A stretch of 64,000 nt of DNA from an uncultured Eubacteriales bacterium (GCA_900316035.1 ONBI01000002.1:14028-78027); one strand, 5' to 3'. Shown: positions 9,935 through 18,607, counted from the stretch's first letter. The notes: generated from the letters alone by a model not told the origin. A program made the numbers and translations.

Positions 9935-10291
9935 ATGCTGGCAGTTAAGTATACATCTGCCTTTAAGAAGAGTTATTAGTTGATGAAAAAGCGGGGGGAC
10001 TTGATTTATCTCTTCTTGATGATGTTATCTCTTCCTTGCTGAGCTTTACCATGCCCTTTCCTTTCCGTCGGATGGTCAAGCTAGCTTGACCATCCATCCC
10101 TTACCTAGTTACCTGGAAGTACAAGAATTGGGTACAGTACATTATCAAAAATTTAAAAGTTTTCGTGAATGTTGTATTCAATCGGCCTGATTACTTGTTT
10201 ACTTTATTGAAAACGATATTCTGACTCTAACGCTTGTTGATACGGCACCTATGCAGACCTATTGAATATGGGAAAAGAAAAGGTCCTCTAG
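9935..10291 (+). pseudogene. decayed YafQ/RelE-family toxin gene
   Basis: ATG abuts the antitoxin stop. Reads MLAVKYTSAFKKSY-TAG(9977)-LMKKRG, then a frameshift in G6 (9993-9998), then LDLSLLDDVISSLL. Later FRECCIQSA-TGA(10188)-LLVYFIENDILTLTLVDT, another frameshift, then GTYADLL. Fragments are colinear with the YafQ consensus. Confidence 0.6.
10070..10095. repeat. 26-bp perfect palindrome GGATGGTCAAGCTAGCTTGACCATCC inside the toxin pseudogene
   Basis: Verified as its own reverse complement by hand. The centre is GCTAGC. Confidence 0.9.
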
Positions 10292-10365
10292 TTGGATTTT
10301 CTGGGCGATGCAGAGAGTGCTAGCACTCTCTGCTACCTACCCTAGTTGTCCAACTAACAGGGTCC
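10270..10365 (-). terminator. large compound terminator of the esterase operon, containing a 24-bp perfect palindrome (10310-10333)
   Basis: Outer stem is GGTCCTCTAGTTGGA (10282-10296) against TCCAACTAACAGGGTCC (10349-10365), enclosing GCAGAGAGTGCTAGCACTCTCTGC. On the minus strand it is followed by TTTTCTTTTCC. Starts 35 nt after the stop at 10400. Confidence 0.55.
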
Positions 10366-10399
10366 AATCATTTTCGAAAAGCCACTCTTTCGGAATCGT

Positions 10400-11584
10400 C
10401 TATTTGCTTTTGTATACACGAATCAAGAAATTATAGAGAGCAAGATGCCAATTTCCCTGAGAGTGATAACGCATCGGGAAAACATCAAAATTGGTGTTTA
10501 CTCCCGCTTTCAATCTCGGCTCTATTTTTAGGATGTTGTGATAATCCTCGACTTGGGAACTCAGGGCAAAATCGAAATTGCCACTGGAGACATACCAATA
10601 ATCGATGGGAAGATCTTTGAAGGCTTCCGATTGAATATTATCTTGAAAATAGGTAGCCCCTGTACGGCTTCCGCTGAAAGAGCCAAACCGTGAAAAATAG
10701 TCTAGAGATCCACAGAAAGCAGAACGAAGCGTAGTTACGGCACCGCGCGAGAGACCGGCGAACGAACGATGTTGACGGCTTGATTTAAAGCCTTTATCGT
10801 CCGCAGTTTCGGCATAAGTTGAGTAATGAGATTCAACATAGGGAAGAAGGTCGTTACGCAGTTCTTCTTTGAAAGAATAAGTAAGTAGATCAAGTCTTTC
10901 GATGCTTTCTTTACAATCATCTTCGACATAGAAGGTCGGAGTTACGACAAGCATCGGAGAAATGATTTTCCTTTCCGTCAGGTTATCTAGCAGAGCTTTG
11001 TTTTTTGGGTTCGTTATCAACCAATATGCTTCATCATCTCCTGTTCCATGAAGAAGATAGAGAATGTCGTAATTTTTGGTGGAATCATATCCATAAGGAA
11101 CATAAACATAAGCTCGTTTTGTCAGGCTTCTTTTGTCGGTCGCATAGGCTTTTGTAGGGTAATTGATCTCCTCTATTTTTCCTGGCTGAGAGCTTTCTTT
11201 TTCATAAATATCTGGCACTTGCCAGATTTCTCTTTTTGCTTCCGTATCGTTGTTAGCGACAACGGAAGAAATTCCCCACTGAGAGCCAAAGGCCATCAGT
11301 AGAACGAATAGAGGAACAAAGGTGGAAAGCACCTTTTTAGTAGGCTTCTTCTTTTCTAAAATGGCAAAAACACTGCCCAGAACGCCACCGATGGCAGCAA
11401 TGATAGCTTCGATCAGAAAAAGAACATTGAAGAGCGTTGTGGCAGGGTTATTGGTAATCAGAAAAAGAATGATGCCAAATGGAACGATAAGGAGATTCAG
11501 TACCGGAAGTTCACCTAAAAAGGCAGACCAAGAGAGTAGAGAAAAGAAAACTCCGATGAGTAGGACAGTCAGAGTTGAAATCAA
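10400..11584 (-). CDS. membrane-anchored alpha/beta-hydrolase esterase (esterase D / CE1-like). The start as sequenced is doubtful; the probable true start is ATG 11699, out of frame because of the A14 tract.
   Basis: YVYVPYGYDSTKNYDILYLLHGTGDDEAYW and the nucleophile elbow GLSRG. N-terminal TM helices. The frame stays open upstream to the TGA at the A14 tract. Confidence 0.65.
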   Translation of the reverse strand: MISTLTVLLIGVFFSLLSWSAFLGELPVLNLLIVPFGIILFLITNNPATTLFNVLFLIEAIIAAIGGVLGSVFAILEKKKPTKKVLSTFVPLFVLLMAFGSQWGISSVVANNDTEAKREIWQVPDIYEKESSQPGKIEEINYPTKAYATDKRSLTKRAYVYVPYGYDSTKNYDILYLLHGTGDDEAYWLITNPKNKALLDNLTERKIISPMLVVTPTFYVEDDCKESIERLDLLTYSFKEELRNDLLPYVESHYSTYAETADDKGFKSSRQHRSFAGLSRGAVTTLRSAFCGSLDYFSRFGSFSGSRTGATYFQDNIQSEAFKDLPIDYWYVSSGNFDFALSSQVEDYHNILKIEPRLKAGVNTNFDVFPMRYHSQGNWHLALYNFLIRVYKSK

Positions 11585-11676
11585 TTCTCCTAAAGCAATA
11601 TAACGCCCAATATCGATAAGGCAGAGAAGGGAAACAAGAAGAGCACAAAGAAAATCGATGAGAGTAGTCTTAGTTA

Positions 11677-11690
11677 TTTTTTTTTTTTTT
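11677..11690. repeat. homopolymer: T14 on the + strand, A14 on the coding strand
   Basis: Counted directly: tagttaTTTTTTTTTTTTTTcac. Confidence 0.95.
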
Positions 11691-11718
11691 CACATTCATA
11701 CCTCTGGGAAAGAAAGAG

Positions 11719-11746
11719 AGGCAGGCCGGAATTGCCCGGCTTGCCT
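11719..11746 (-). terminator. hairpin / weak terminator between the membrane-protein gene and the esterase gene
   Basis: 11-bp stem AGGCAGGCCGG / CCGGCTTGCCT with one G-U pair. Followed on the minus strand by CTCTTTCTTTCCC, a weak U-tract. Confidence 0.35.
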
Positions 11747-11756
11747 ATTCTATGTT

Positions 11757-12137
11757 TTATTGTTTGATGACTTCTTTTTTCTGTGGAAGAACAACGGCAA
11801 CTGCAGAGCAAAGAAGAGCAAGGATGCTGAGGACAAAGGCAACGACAAACGGAGCACTCAGACCTAAGACGTTGTTCTTTGCCATGATATCGGCTAAGTT
11901 GTTAAGCAACACCAATAAGAGGAAACCGACCGCAATCGCATTGAAAGTAAAGGGGAAAAATTCGGTAAGACGGAAGGGTTTGACACTGACGACAGCTCCG
12001 GCAACGGTTGCAAGAATAAGCATTACTAGGATCACTGGATAACGGTTTTCTCTGCAGATGCCGTATAAGATGGCAGATAAGAGACTGGCAAGAGTGGCAA
12101 ATTCTGTGAAGTAAAATCCCAAACCTCTATTTTTCAT
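11757..12137 (-). CDS. small polytopic membrane protein, unknown function
   Basis: The listed ORF starts at 12227 inside the GH3 gene. ATG 12137 (MKNRGLGFYF...) follows an AGGAG and lies after the GH3 stop. About four hydrophobic helices. Confidence 0.55.
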   Translation of the reverse strand: MKNRGLGFYFTEFATLASLLSAILYGICRENRYPVILVMLILATVAGAVVSVKPFRLTEFFPFTFNAIAVGFLLLVLLNNLADIMAKNNVLGLSAPFVVAFVLSILALLCSAVAVVLPQKKEVIKQ

Positions 12138-12144
12138 TTTCTCA

Positions 12145-14997
12145 TTACTCCTTTTCTTTGAAGGCTCCAATTGCAACGAAGGCGACAGCAACGATAGTGG
12201 CAACTGCAAGAACAGAATCAACGACAATCGCTGTTGTTAACCACCAAGGCATTACCGGAACAATCTTATCTCCCGAAGAGATTCCGTTGAACGCTAAAGA
12301 GTTGACAACGTTGTAGAGAAGATAATGAGCGGAAGAACGCATATTGGCGACCATCTTACTGTCTTTCTTTGCGTCGGCAATGACAGCTTCGTAGATCTTT
12401 GTTCCCGATGTAGCCCACATTGTCGTGCCTGCTTCGAGTCCAGATTTGAAGCCCATCGCTTCGTTGTAGCTGAAGACGGCATCCGTATCTAAGATACCTT
12501 TCCAATCCCATTCATTGCGGACTAAATCGGTCTGCAAGGCTTTGTCCGCACCAGTCCAGGTGCAGCCGATACGATTGAAGCCACCCATAATCGCTTTGGA
12601 TTTGCCTTCGACTAAGCCGGCTTTGAAAGCTTCGAGATAGATTTCACGGAAGGCCTGTTGACTGGTGAAAGTGCAGATACCCTGACGATTTGTTTCCTGA
12701 TCGTTGAGAACAAAATGCTTAAGGAAAGCGACAGCTCCTTTTTCCTGCATTCCCTCAATTTCTGGGACACTCATTTCGCCGTTAAGATAACCATCTTCCG
12801 AATAATATTCGAAGTTGCGCCCTGAATACGGAGTGCGGTGGATGTTGACGGAAGGGGCATAATGACCGACCGTTTCTGTACGTAAGTTATCTTCTCCGAA
12901 AGCTTCACCAATCTCTTTTAAGATATCGCGGTCATAGGTAGCACCCATGATGACTTCGCTGGGGAATACGTGAGCATATTCTTTATTTTCAACGTAAGGT
13001 CTATCCGCGACACGATGGGAACCATCTTTCATGAAAGTGGCCGGATAAGCGATGCTTTCAATAGCGGCTAACCCAGAACGGCCGACCAAATTGAGGAGGT
13101 CTTCAATCGAAAGCTGATTGATAATGACTTGCCACTGCGGATCATCGAACTTCGCGTCACGCATCATAGCAACCGTATATTTAGAATCCGCTCCTAAAGT
13201 CATTCCACTCATATCCTCTGAACCAGGAGTGTACTTACCCTCGATGTTCATCGCATCGATCATTTTGCTATTAGCGTTTAATTTGGTCACTTCTGTAGGC
13301 CAGGTGCTTTCCCAATTGTTACGCGAAAGATAGATAACAGAGTTGTCTTGCCAATAGTTGAGATCTACATCATCGAAGAGATTCGTGATTCGGACATTCT
13401 GGTCCGTGACGGAATACGTGCTGGTATCGGTATTTGCTAACGTGAACTTATGGACAAGATCCTTCTGGCCGTCTACACTCTTGTCTTTTGCCGACAGAAT
13501 GTTGTTAATAGCGGCATGTGCATTTTCACCGACGGTAAGATAATAGGTGCCGCCTTCCATAATATAGGTCTTGTTTACATACGAATCGTAATGAGCTAAG
13601 TCCTCTTTATCGATGGTGATTGAAACCGTCTCAGTAGCACCTGGAGCGATTTCCTTTGTCTTAGCAAAGCCGGCTAATTGAACAGAGGGGACTTCGATTT
13701 TGTTCTGTTTATCGAAATCGGTGTAAGGAGTCTGTGCATAGACTTCGACCGCTTCTTTACCTGCAACCGAACCGGTGTTCTTAACTTCGACCTGCACTTC
13801 ATAAGTGTTGTTGTTCTCTTTGACACTTTTCAGAGTCTTGGAGAAAGTGGTATAGGAAAGACCATAGCCGAAAGGATAGCAGACCTCTTTGTTGTAATCC
13901 CAGCCGGTCGCAGAGGCATAAGCTCCCGTGGAAGAAGACGCTTTTCCTTGGCCAAGAACCGTGTCTTCATAGCGGGTCTCATAGTATTTATAACCGACAT
14001 AGATGCCTTCCTTTTCAACAACATACTTTGTCGCATTTGCACCTTTACCGATCTGATTTTCAATATCGGTGCCATTCGCATAAGTATAGTCTCCGAAGTT
14101 GCGCATTGCCGGCGAAGAGAATGAGTCGGCAGCATAGGTATCTACCGTCTTTCCGCACGGATTGCTCTTTCCGACCAAAATATCGGAGACGGCATTCAGT
14201 CCGTTGTAACCCACAGCGCCGATCATCAGACAAGCATCGATATCGTAATCCTCTAACCAGCCTAATTCCATCGGATAAGAAGTGTTGAGAAGAACGATCA
14301 CTTTATCGAAATGAGAAGTGACTTCACTCAGCATCTTCTTTTCGGATTCTTGGAGGGCGAGATACTTTGTTCCACCGGTGAAATCACCCGTAGCTAAGTC
14401 ACCACCTTCTCCACCGGAACGGCTGATCACAACAATTGCTGCATCTTTATAGGAAGCATAGGAAGAACGGATCGAATCACCGATTTCATCGACATCGACT
14501 TCCGGGACTGCGTTAAATGCGAGTTTCGCGGTTGATTTTTCTTTGTAAAAATCGTAAACAGTCGGATTCAATTCAAGTTTTCCGTCTTCTTCCATAGCCG
14601 TTTTGAAATCGACATAAGAAGCTGGAGCACCGAAACGAACCATACCGGTCGAAACAGTGTTGATGGTTCCGTAACCAAAAGAACTTATTTTTGCTCCTTT
14701 AGCTAACGGAAGAGCATTGTTTTTGTTTTTCAATAAGACCGAACCTTCTGCCTGTACGCGACGTATCAGATTGTCTTCGGTCTTGACCCAATCGGCTAAT
14801 GACTGTCCGTTCGTCTTGTAGTCCTTTGTAGTTGCTTCTCCGTTCTGTTTGACGATTTTCGAAGTCTGTCCGCCAATGACAGAACATACTAAGGACTGAT
14901 ACGAGTTTGCCCAGGCTGTAAAGCCGATGAGTGGAGCGGTTAAAGTACCACAAACCGCTGAGACAATTCGCCAGTGTGTCGTCTTTCTTTTAGCCAT
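12145..14997 (-). CDS. glycoside hydrolase family 3 (beta-glucosidase/xylosidase-like) with reversed domain order, an N-terminal signal/anchor and a C-terminal TM helix
   Basis: AAIVVISRSGGEGGDL and PFGYGLSYTTF (alpha/beta-sandwich domain) come first. FLKHFVLNDQETNR and WKGILDTDA (TIM-barrel domain) come last. Start set at MAKRK (14997), after GGGGGAAAG. Confidence 0.8.
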   Translation of the reverse strand: MAKRKTTHWRIVSAVCGTLTAPLIGFTAWANSYQSLVCSVIGGQTSKIVKQNGEATTKDYKTNGQSLADWVKTEDNLIRRVQAEGSVLLKNKNNALPLAKGAKISSFGYGTINTVSTGMVRFGAPASYVDFKTAMEEDGKLELNPTVYDFYKEKSTAKLAFNAVPEVDVDEIGDSIRSSYASYKDAAIVVISRSGGEGGDLATGDFTGGTKYLALQESEKKMLSEVTSHFDKVIVLLNTSYPMELGWLEDYDIDACLMIGAVGYNGLNAVSDILVGKSNPCGKTVDTYAADSFSSPAMRNFGDYTYANGTDIENQIGKGANATKYVVEKEGIYVGYKYYETRYEDTVLGQGKASSSTGAYASATGWDYNKEVCYPFGYGLSYTTFSKTLKSVKENNNTYEVQVEVKNTGSVAGKEAVEVYAQTPYTDFDKQNKIEVPSVQLAGFAKTKEIAPGATETVSITIDKEDLAHYDSYVNKTYIMEGGTYYLTVGENAHAAINNILSAKDKSVDGQKDLVHKFTLANTDTSTYSVTDQNVRITNLFDDVDLNYWQDNSVIYLSRNNWESTWPTEVTKLNANSKMIDAMNIEGKYTPGSEDMSGMTLGADSKYTVAMMRDAKFDDPQWQVIINQLSIEDLLNLVGRSGLAAIESIAYPATFMKDGSHRVADRPYVENKEYAHVFPSEVIMGATYDRDILKEIGEAFGEDNLRTETVGHYAPSVNIHRTPYSGRNFEYYSEDGYLNGEMSVPEIEGMQEKGAVAFLKHFVLNDQETNRQGICTFTSQQAFREIYLEAFKAGLVEGKSKAIMGGFNRIGCTWTGADKALQTDLVRNEWDWKGILDTDAVFSYNEAMGFKSGLEAGTTMWATSGTKIYEAVIADAKKDSKMVANMRSSAHYLLYNVVNSLAFNGISSGDKIVPVMPWWLTTAIVVDSVLAVATIVAVAFVAIGAFKEKE

Positions 14998-15265
14998 ATT
15001 CTTTCCCCCAATTTTGTTTTTTGCGATGTCTGGCATCGCTTACGCCATCACTCTAGTTTTTTTCCTTTTTTACGTGTATACCTTTGTCGAAAAGTGATGC
15101 AGATCTGTCGAGAACTGCTGTAAGCGGTTTTAACTGTAAAATGTTGGAATAAATTACTTTAAACGGAATGATTTATTTTCTTCTATATTTGTGTAGCTTT
15201 CTCCGTTTATCAAGGTATGGCATTCTCTTTTTGAGAACACTATAATTTTGTGGAAGGGGTTTTCT

Positions 15266-15970
15266 ATGATTCGCGTTGCTTTAGTAGAAGACGATTCCGA
15301 ATATAAACAGCAATTTCTATCTTATCTAACCAAGTATGGCCTCGAAAAAGGAATTGAGGTTCAGACCGAGTACTTTTCGGATGGTCTTTCGTTTATCCAA
15401 AATTATCATAAAGGCTACGATATTGTTCTGATGGATATTGAAATGCCCCGCCTCAACGGGATTGATGCATCGAAACAATTGCGAAAAATCGATTCGGAAG
15501 TCTGTCTGATTTTCATTACGACTTTTGCTAAATATGCGATTGCCGGATATGAAGTGAACGCTCTTGACTTTTTGGTAAAGCCTGTTTCATATGAGCTTTT
15601 TGATCTGAAAATGGATAAAGCACGCAATTATCTTCAGAAGACACAAAGCGAAATCTATATTCTGAAGATGCCGGGAGAAACCTATAAGATTCAGCAAATG
15701 GATATCTTATATGTTGAAAGTCAGGATCATTACCTTATTTTTCATGTTCATGGGAAAAAAGAGGAATACCGTATTCGTGGAAAGCTGAGGGATATTTCCT
15801 TGCAGGAAGATCGTTTCTGCCTGATCGGCCGTTCCCTGCTTGTCAATCTCGCTTATGTCGAAGAAATCAATGATCTTTCTTTGACGGTTGCTGGGGAGGT
15901 ACTTCCTCTGGCCCGTGCCTATAAAACGATTTTGATGAAGAAATTGACGACATTCTGGGGAGAAGCGTGA
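15266..15970 (+). CDS. LytTR-family response regulator
   Basis: Receiver domain (VALVEDD...DIVLMDIEMPRLNGID) plus LytTR domain (ILYVESQDHYLIFHVHGKKEEYRIRGKL). ATG 15266 has a GGAAGGGG SD. Confidence 0.85.
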   Translation: MIRVALVEDDSEYKQQFLSYLTKYGLEKGIEVQTEYFSDGLSFIQNYHKGYDIVLMDIEMPRLNGIDASKQLRKIDSEVCLIFITTFAKYAIAGYEVNALDFLVKPVSYELFDLKMDKARNYLQKTQSEIYILKMPGETYKIQQMDILYVESQDHYLIFHVHGKKEEYRIRGKLRDISLQEDRFCLIGRSLLVNLAYVEEINDLSLTVAGEVLPLARAYKTILMKKLTTFWGEA

Positions 15971-15974
15971 CGAT

Positions 15975-17279
15975 ATGACTATTCAGGAAGTCTTCTCGCT
16001 CAGCGTTTATCATGGATATATCTTTCAGATATTGGTTTCGGAAGCTCTTTTTCTGAAACAGTTTCAGAGAAGAAATTACTTTTGGTTACGAATATTACTT
16101 GGCCTTCCAATTTTTGTTTTCCTCGCTATAGTTTTGCCGAACATCGTCGCACATTTTGTTTCTGGCTTTTTCTCTCTGATTATTTTCTTGCTTTCCCTTG
16201 CTCTCTGTGTTTTTCTTTTTAAGAACCGGTTCACTCATATTCTTTTCTATTGTATCAGCGCTCAGTTTGTTCAGAACCTCTCCTACCATATCGAAAACAT
16301 GATCTACCTACCTTTGCAGGACCATTTTAGTCAGCTTGGGTGGTTTTTCTTTTCGTTAGGAAATATGGCTGTGGTTTATACTATCTGTTTCTTTGTCTAT
16401 ATCTATCGGATGAAGCCTTTGGAAAAAATCAAAATCAATACCGGCTATGTTGTCACAATGGCGGTAGTTACTGCTGCTTTTATCTATGTGATTCAATATC
16501 TGTTTATGTATTACAATCTTTCTCAGATTTGGTTGACGCATCTTCCGATGGCACTATGTTGCATCTTTGCTCTTTATATTCAGAATGGCTTTGTCAATTA
16601 TAGGAATGCACAGGAAGAAAACAGAGAGCTGGAATATTTTCTCCATCAAGAAAGAAAACAGTATGAAATGACGAAGGAAAACATCGCCGTATTAAATATG
16701 AAAGCCCATGATCTGAAACATCATATTAATCGGTTCCAAAATTTAACTGGGTATGATAAAGAAGAAATTCAGGATATCTCCAAAGTAGTCGAAGAATATG
16801 AGACGATGGTAGACTGCGGAAACAAAGAGATGAATATTATCCTGACAAAGATTCAATACGAATGCCAAAGAGAAAAAATAGCTTTTACATCTATGGTGGA
16901 AGGAAGCAAAATGGGTTTCTTGCGTACTCCGGATATGATTTCTATTTATTCAAATGTTCTAGATAACGCATTTGAAGCGGAAAAAAGAATCGTTGAAAAA
17001 GGAAAACGTTTCATCTCGATTAATGTCCATAGCCACGGCAGTTTCCTCATCACCCATGTTGAGAATTACTGTAATCTACCTCTTCATTTCGAAGAAGGAC
17101 TTCCGGTGACTACCAAAGAGGATAAAGACTTTCACGGACTCGGTTTAAAAAGCGTCCGTTATGTTGTTTCAAAATATCAGGGAAACATCAATATCTTTCA
17201 GAAAGATAATCTCTTTGTGGTGGATATTCTTTTGCCGATGAACCGCCAGCAACAGAATCTGAAAGAAAAACAGCAGTAA
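15975..17279 (+). CDS. AgrC/HPK10-like sensor histidine kinase (GHKL ATPase) with a polytopic N-terminal sensor
   Basis: About six TM helices. H-box AHDLKHHIN, N-box SNVLDNAFEA, G-box DFHGLGLKSV. Confidence 0.8.
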   Translation: MTIQEVFSLSVYHGYIFQILVSEALFLKQFQRRNYFWLRILLGLPIFVFLAIVLPNIVAHFVSGFFSLIIFLLSLALCVFLFKNRFTHILFYCISAQFVQNLSYHIENMIYLPLQDHFSQLGWFFFSLGNMAVVYTICFFVYIYRMKPLEKIKINTGYVVTMAVVTAAFIYVIQYLFMYYNLSQIWLTHLPMALCCIFALYIQNGFVNYRNAQEENRELEYFLHQERKQYEMTKENIAVLNMKAHDLKHHINRFQNLTGYDKEEIQDISKVVEEYETMVDCGNKEMNIILTKIQYECQREKIAFTSMVEGSKMGFLRTPDMISIYSNVLDNAFEAEKRIVEKGKRFISINVHSHGSFLITHVENYCNLPLHFEEGLPVTTKEDKDFHGLGLKSVRYVVSKYQGNINIFQKDNLFVVDILLPMNRQQQNLKEKQQ

Positions 17280-17293
17280 TATTCTTTGTTCGC

Positions 17294-17926
17294 CTACTTC
17301 CCATCCATGAAGTTAGTGACCTCTCTTTTCTCCTCCAAGGTTGGATAGGTGATCCCTTTCTCTTTCCCAGCCTCTAAGCACTCTAAAACATAAGCCATAT
17401 TTAGGGCAAGATGTCTCATCGTCTGCATTCCTTCTTTATCTTTCTTCGCGTCCTCATAGGTAAAGCCATGCGCCATATTCCAGTACTGAGAACCGATCAC
17501 AAACATATTGTTCATGAGGAAATACTGGTTGAGTCTTTCAAAGCTAGCGCTGTTACCGCCTCTTCGGCATACCGTCAGAGAGGCTCCTACTTTTCCGAAG
17601 AGAAACTCTTTCGGGCAAGCGTAGAAGAAACAGTCTAAGAAGGACTGGATTCTTCCGGTCGGACCGGAATAATAGACGGGAGAGGCAATCACAAGACCAT
17701 CAAAGTCTTTCATCTTCTCGATGGTGGTATTCACCAGATCCGAGTAGATGCATTTATGGGTCTTAGAACAGGTTCCACAGCCGATACAATTCGCGATCGG
17801 AGCTTTCCCAAGCCAGACGATCTCACTATCGATATTCTTGGTTTTTAAAGTCGTAGCGACTTCTTCAATCGCCGCATACGTCGTGTTCTTCTCATCGGGA
17901 GAACCATTGATAAATAAAACCTTCAT
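17294..17926 (-). CDS. iron-sulfur flavoprotein / NADPH-dependent FMN reductase family
   Basis: MKVLFINGSP flavodoxin-like start. Compact Cys motif CIGCGTCSKTHKC (Cx2Cx2Cx5C), as in Isf-type proteins. Confidence 0.65.
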   Translation of the reverse strand: MKVLFINGSPDEKNTTYAAIEEVATTLKTKNIDSEIVWLGKAPIANCIGCGTCSKTHKCIYSDLVNTTIEKMKDFDGLVIASPVYYSGPTGRIQSFLDCFFYACPKEFLFGKVGASLTVCRRGGNSASFERLNQYFLMNNMFVIGSQYWNMAHGFTYEDAKKDKEGMQTMRHLALNMAYVLECLEAGKEKGITYPTLEEKREVTNFMDGK

Positions 17927-17958
17927 TCCTTTTTATCCTCCTTAAGTTGCTAATGGGA

Positions 17959-18528
17959 TTATAGCAGATAGCTAAGCCAATAAGAGGACCCTAAACTATC
18001 CTGTATTTTCTTTGAAACCACACTGCTTGGGGTATCTTCCCGAAGCAAAGAGAAGTCGCTGATTCCGACTCCTGACTTCTTCATAAAAGCTTCCTTCCTG
18101 CTCCAGAGGTAAATGAAGGTATCGGGTTTATCTTTCGATGCGTTATACACTTCATTTTCTTTCGAACTGAACACTTTCTTTGCCATCCGATCAAAGGTTG
18201 GACGAGAAGCGATTCTTTCGATATCGACTCCGCAATCTTTTTCACTGATCAGGAGAACAACCATCTTACCCGAGTGAGCGATATTAAAAGGAAAACCCTC
18301 TATGTACGGTTTTCCTTCTTTCCCATACTGTAACTCTACCTTATACGGATTGATTCCTCTTTTATAGAGCTCTTCCTTTAGCATCCACCAGGCTAACAAG
18401 GATCGTTTATGATCCTCTTCAAACGTATGACTATCGCAGTGCTTAAGAAAAGAAGGCGGAAGCTCTGCTTCTAATCTTTCTTCTTCGATATCGTCTTTCA
18501 CTTCTTTGATGAGAATCTCAAATTCCAT
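17959..18528 (-). CDS. Sfp-type 4'-phosphopantetheinyl transferase
   Basis: Motifs FNIAHSG, GVDIERI and WSRKEAFMKKSG. Confidence 0.75.
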   Translation of the reverse strand: MEFEILIKEVKDDIEEERLEAELPPSFLKHCDSHTFEEDHKRSLLAWWMLKEELYKRGINPYKVELQYGKEGKPYIEGFPFNIAHSGKMVVLLISEKDCGVDIERIASRPTFDRMAKKVFSSKENEVYNASKDKPDTFIYLWSRKEAFMKKSGVGISDFSLLREDTPSSVVSKKIQDSLGSSYWLSYLL

Positions 18529-18607
18529 ATCTTTATTGTATCGAAAACAAAAACCGGTCGGAGAAGAATTTTTCTCGCGACCGGTTAACTTTAGAACGAT
18601 AGGAAGA

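Noticed and set aside
11658-12042. 69-aa and 96-aa plus-strand ORFs
   Set aside because: They are antisense to the membrane-protein gene and cross the hairpin and the T14 tract. Their composition is implausible.
12138-12227. N-terminal 30 codons of the listed 156-aa ORF
   Set aside because: This part overlaps the 3' end of the GH3 gene. An internal ATG at 12137, preceded by AGGAG and located after the GH3 stop, gives a more plausible start.
15168-15245. 25-codon hydrophobic ORF (MIYFLLYLCSFLRLSRYGILFLRTL) upstream of the LytTR regulator, considered as an AgrD or pheromone-like precursor
   Set aside because: It has no usable SD and overlaps the TATAAT-like box of the regulator gene. There is no AgrB or exporter nearby, and the peptide has no double-glycine or AgrD-like features.
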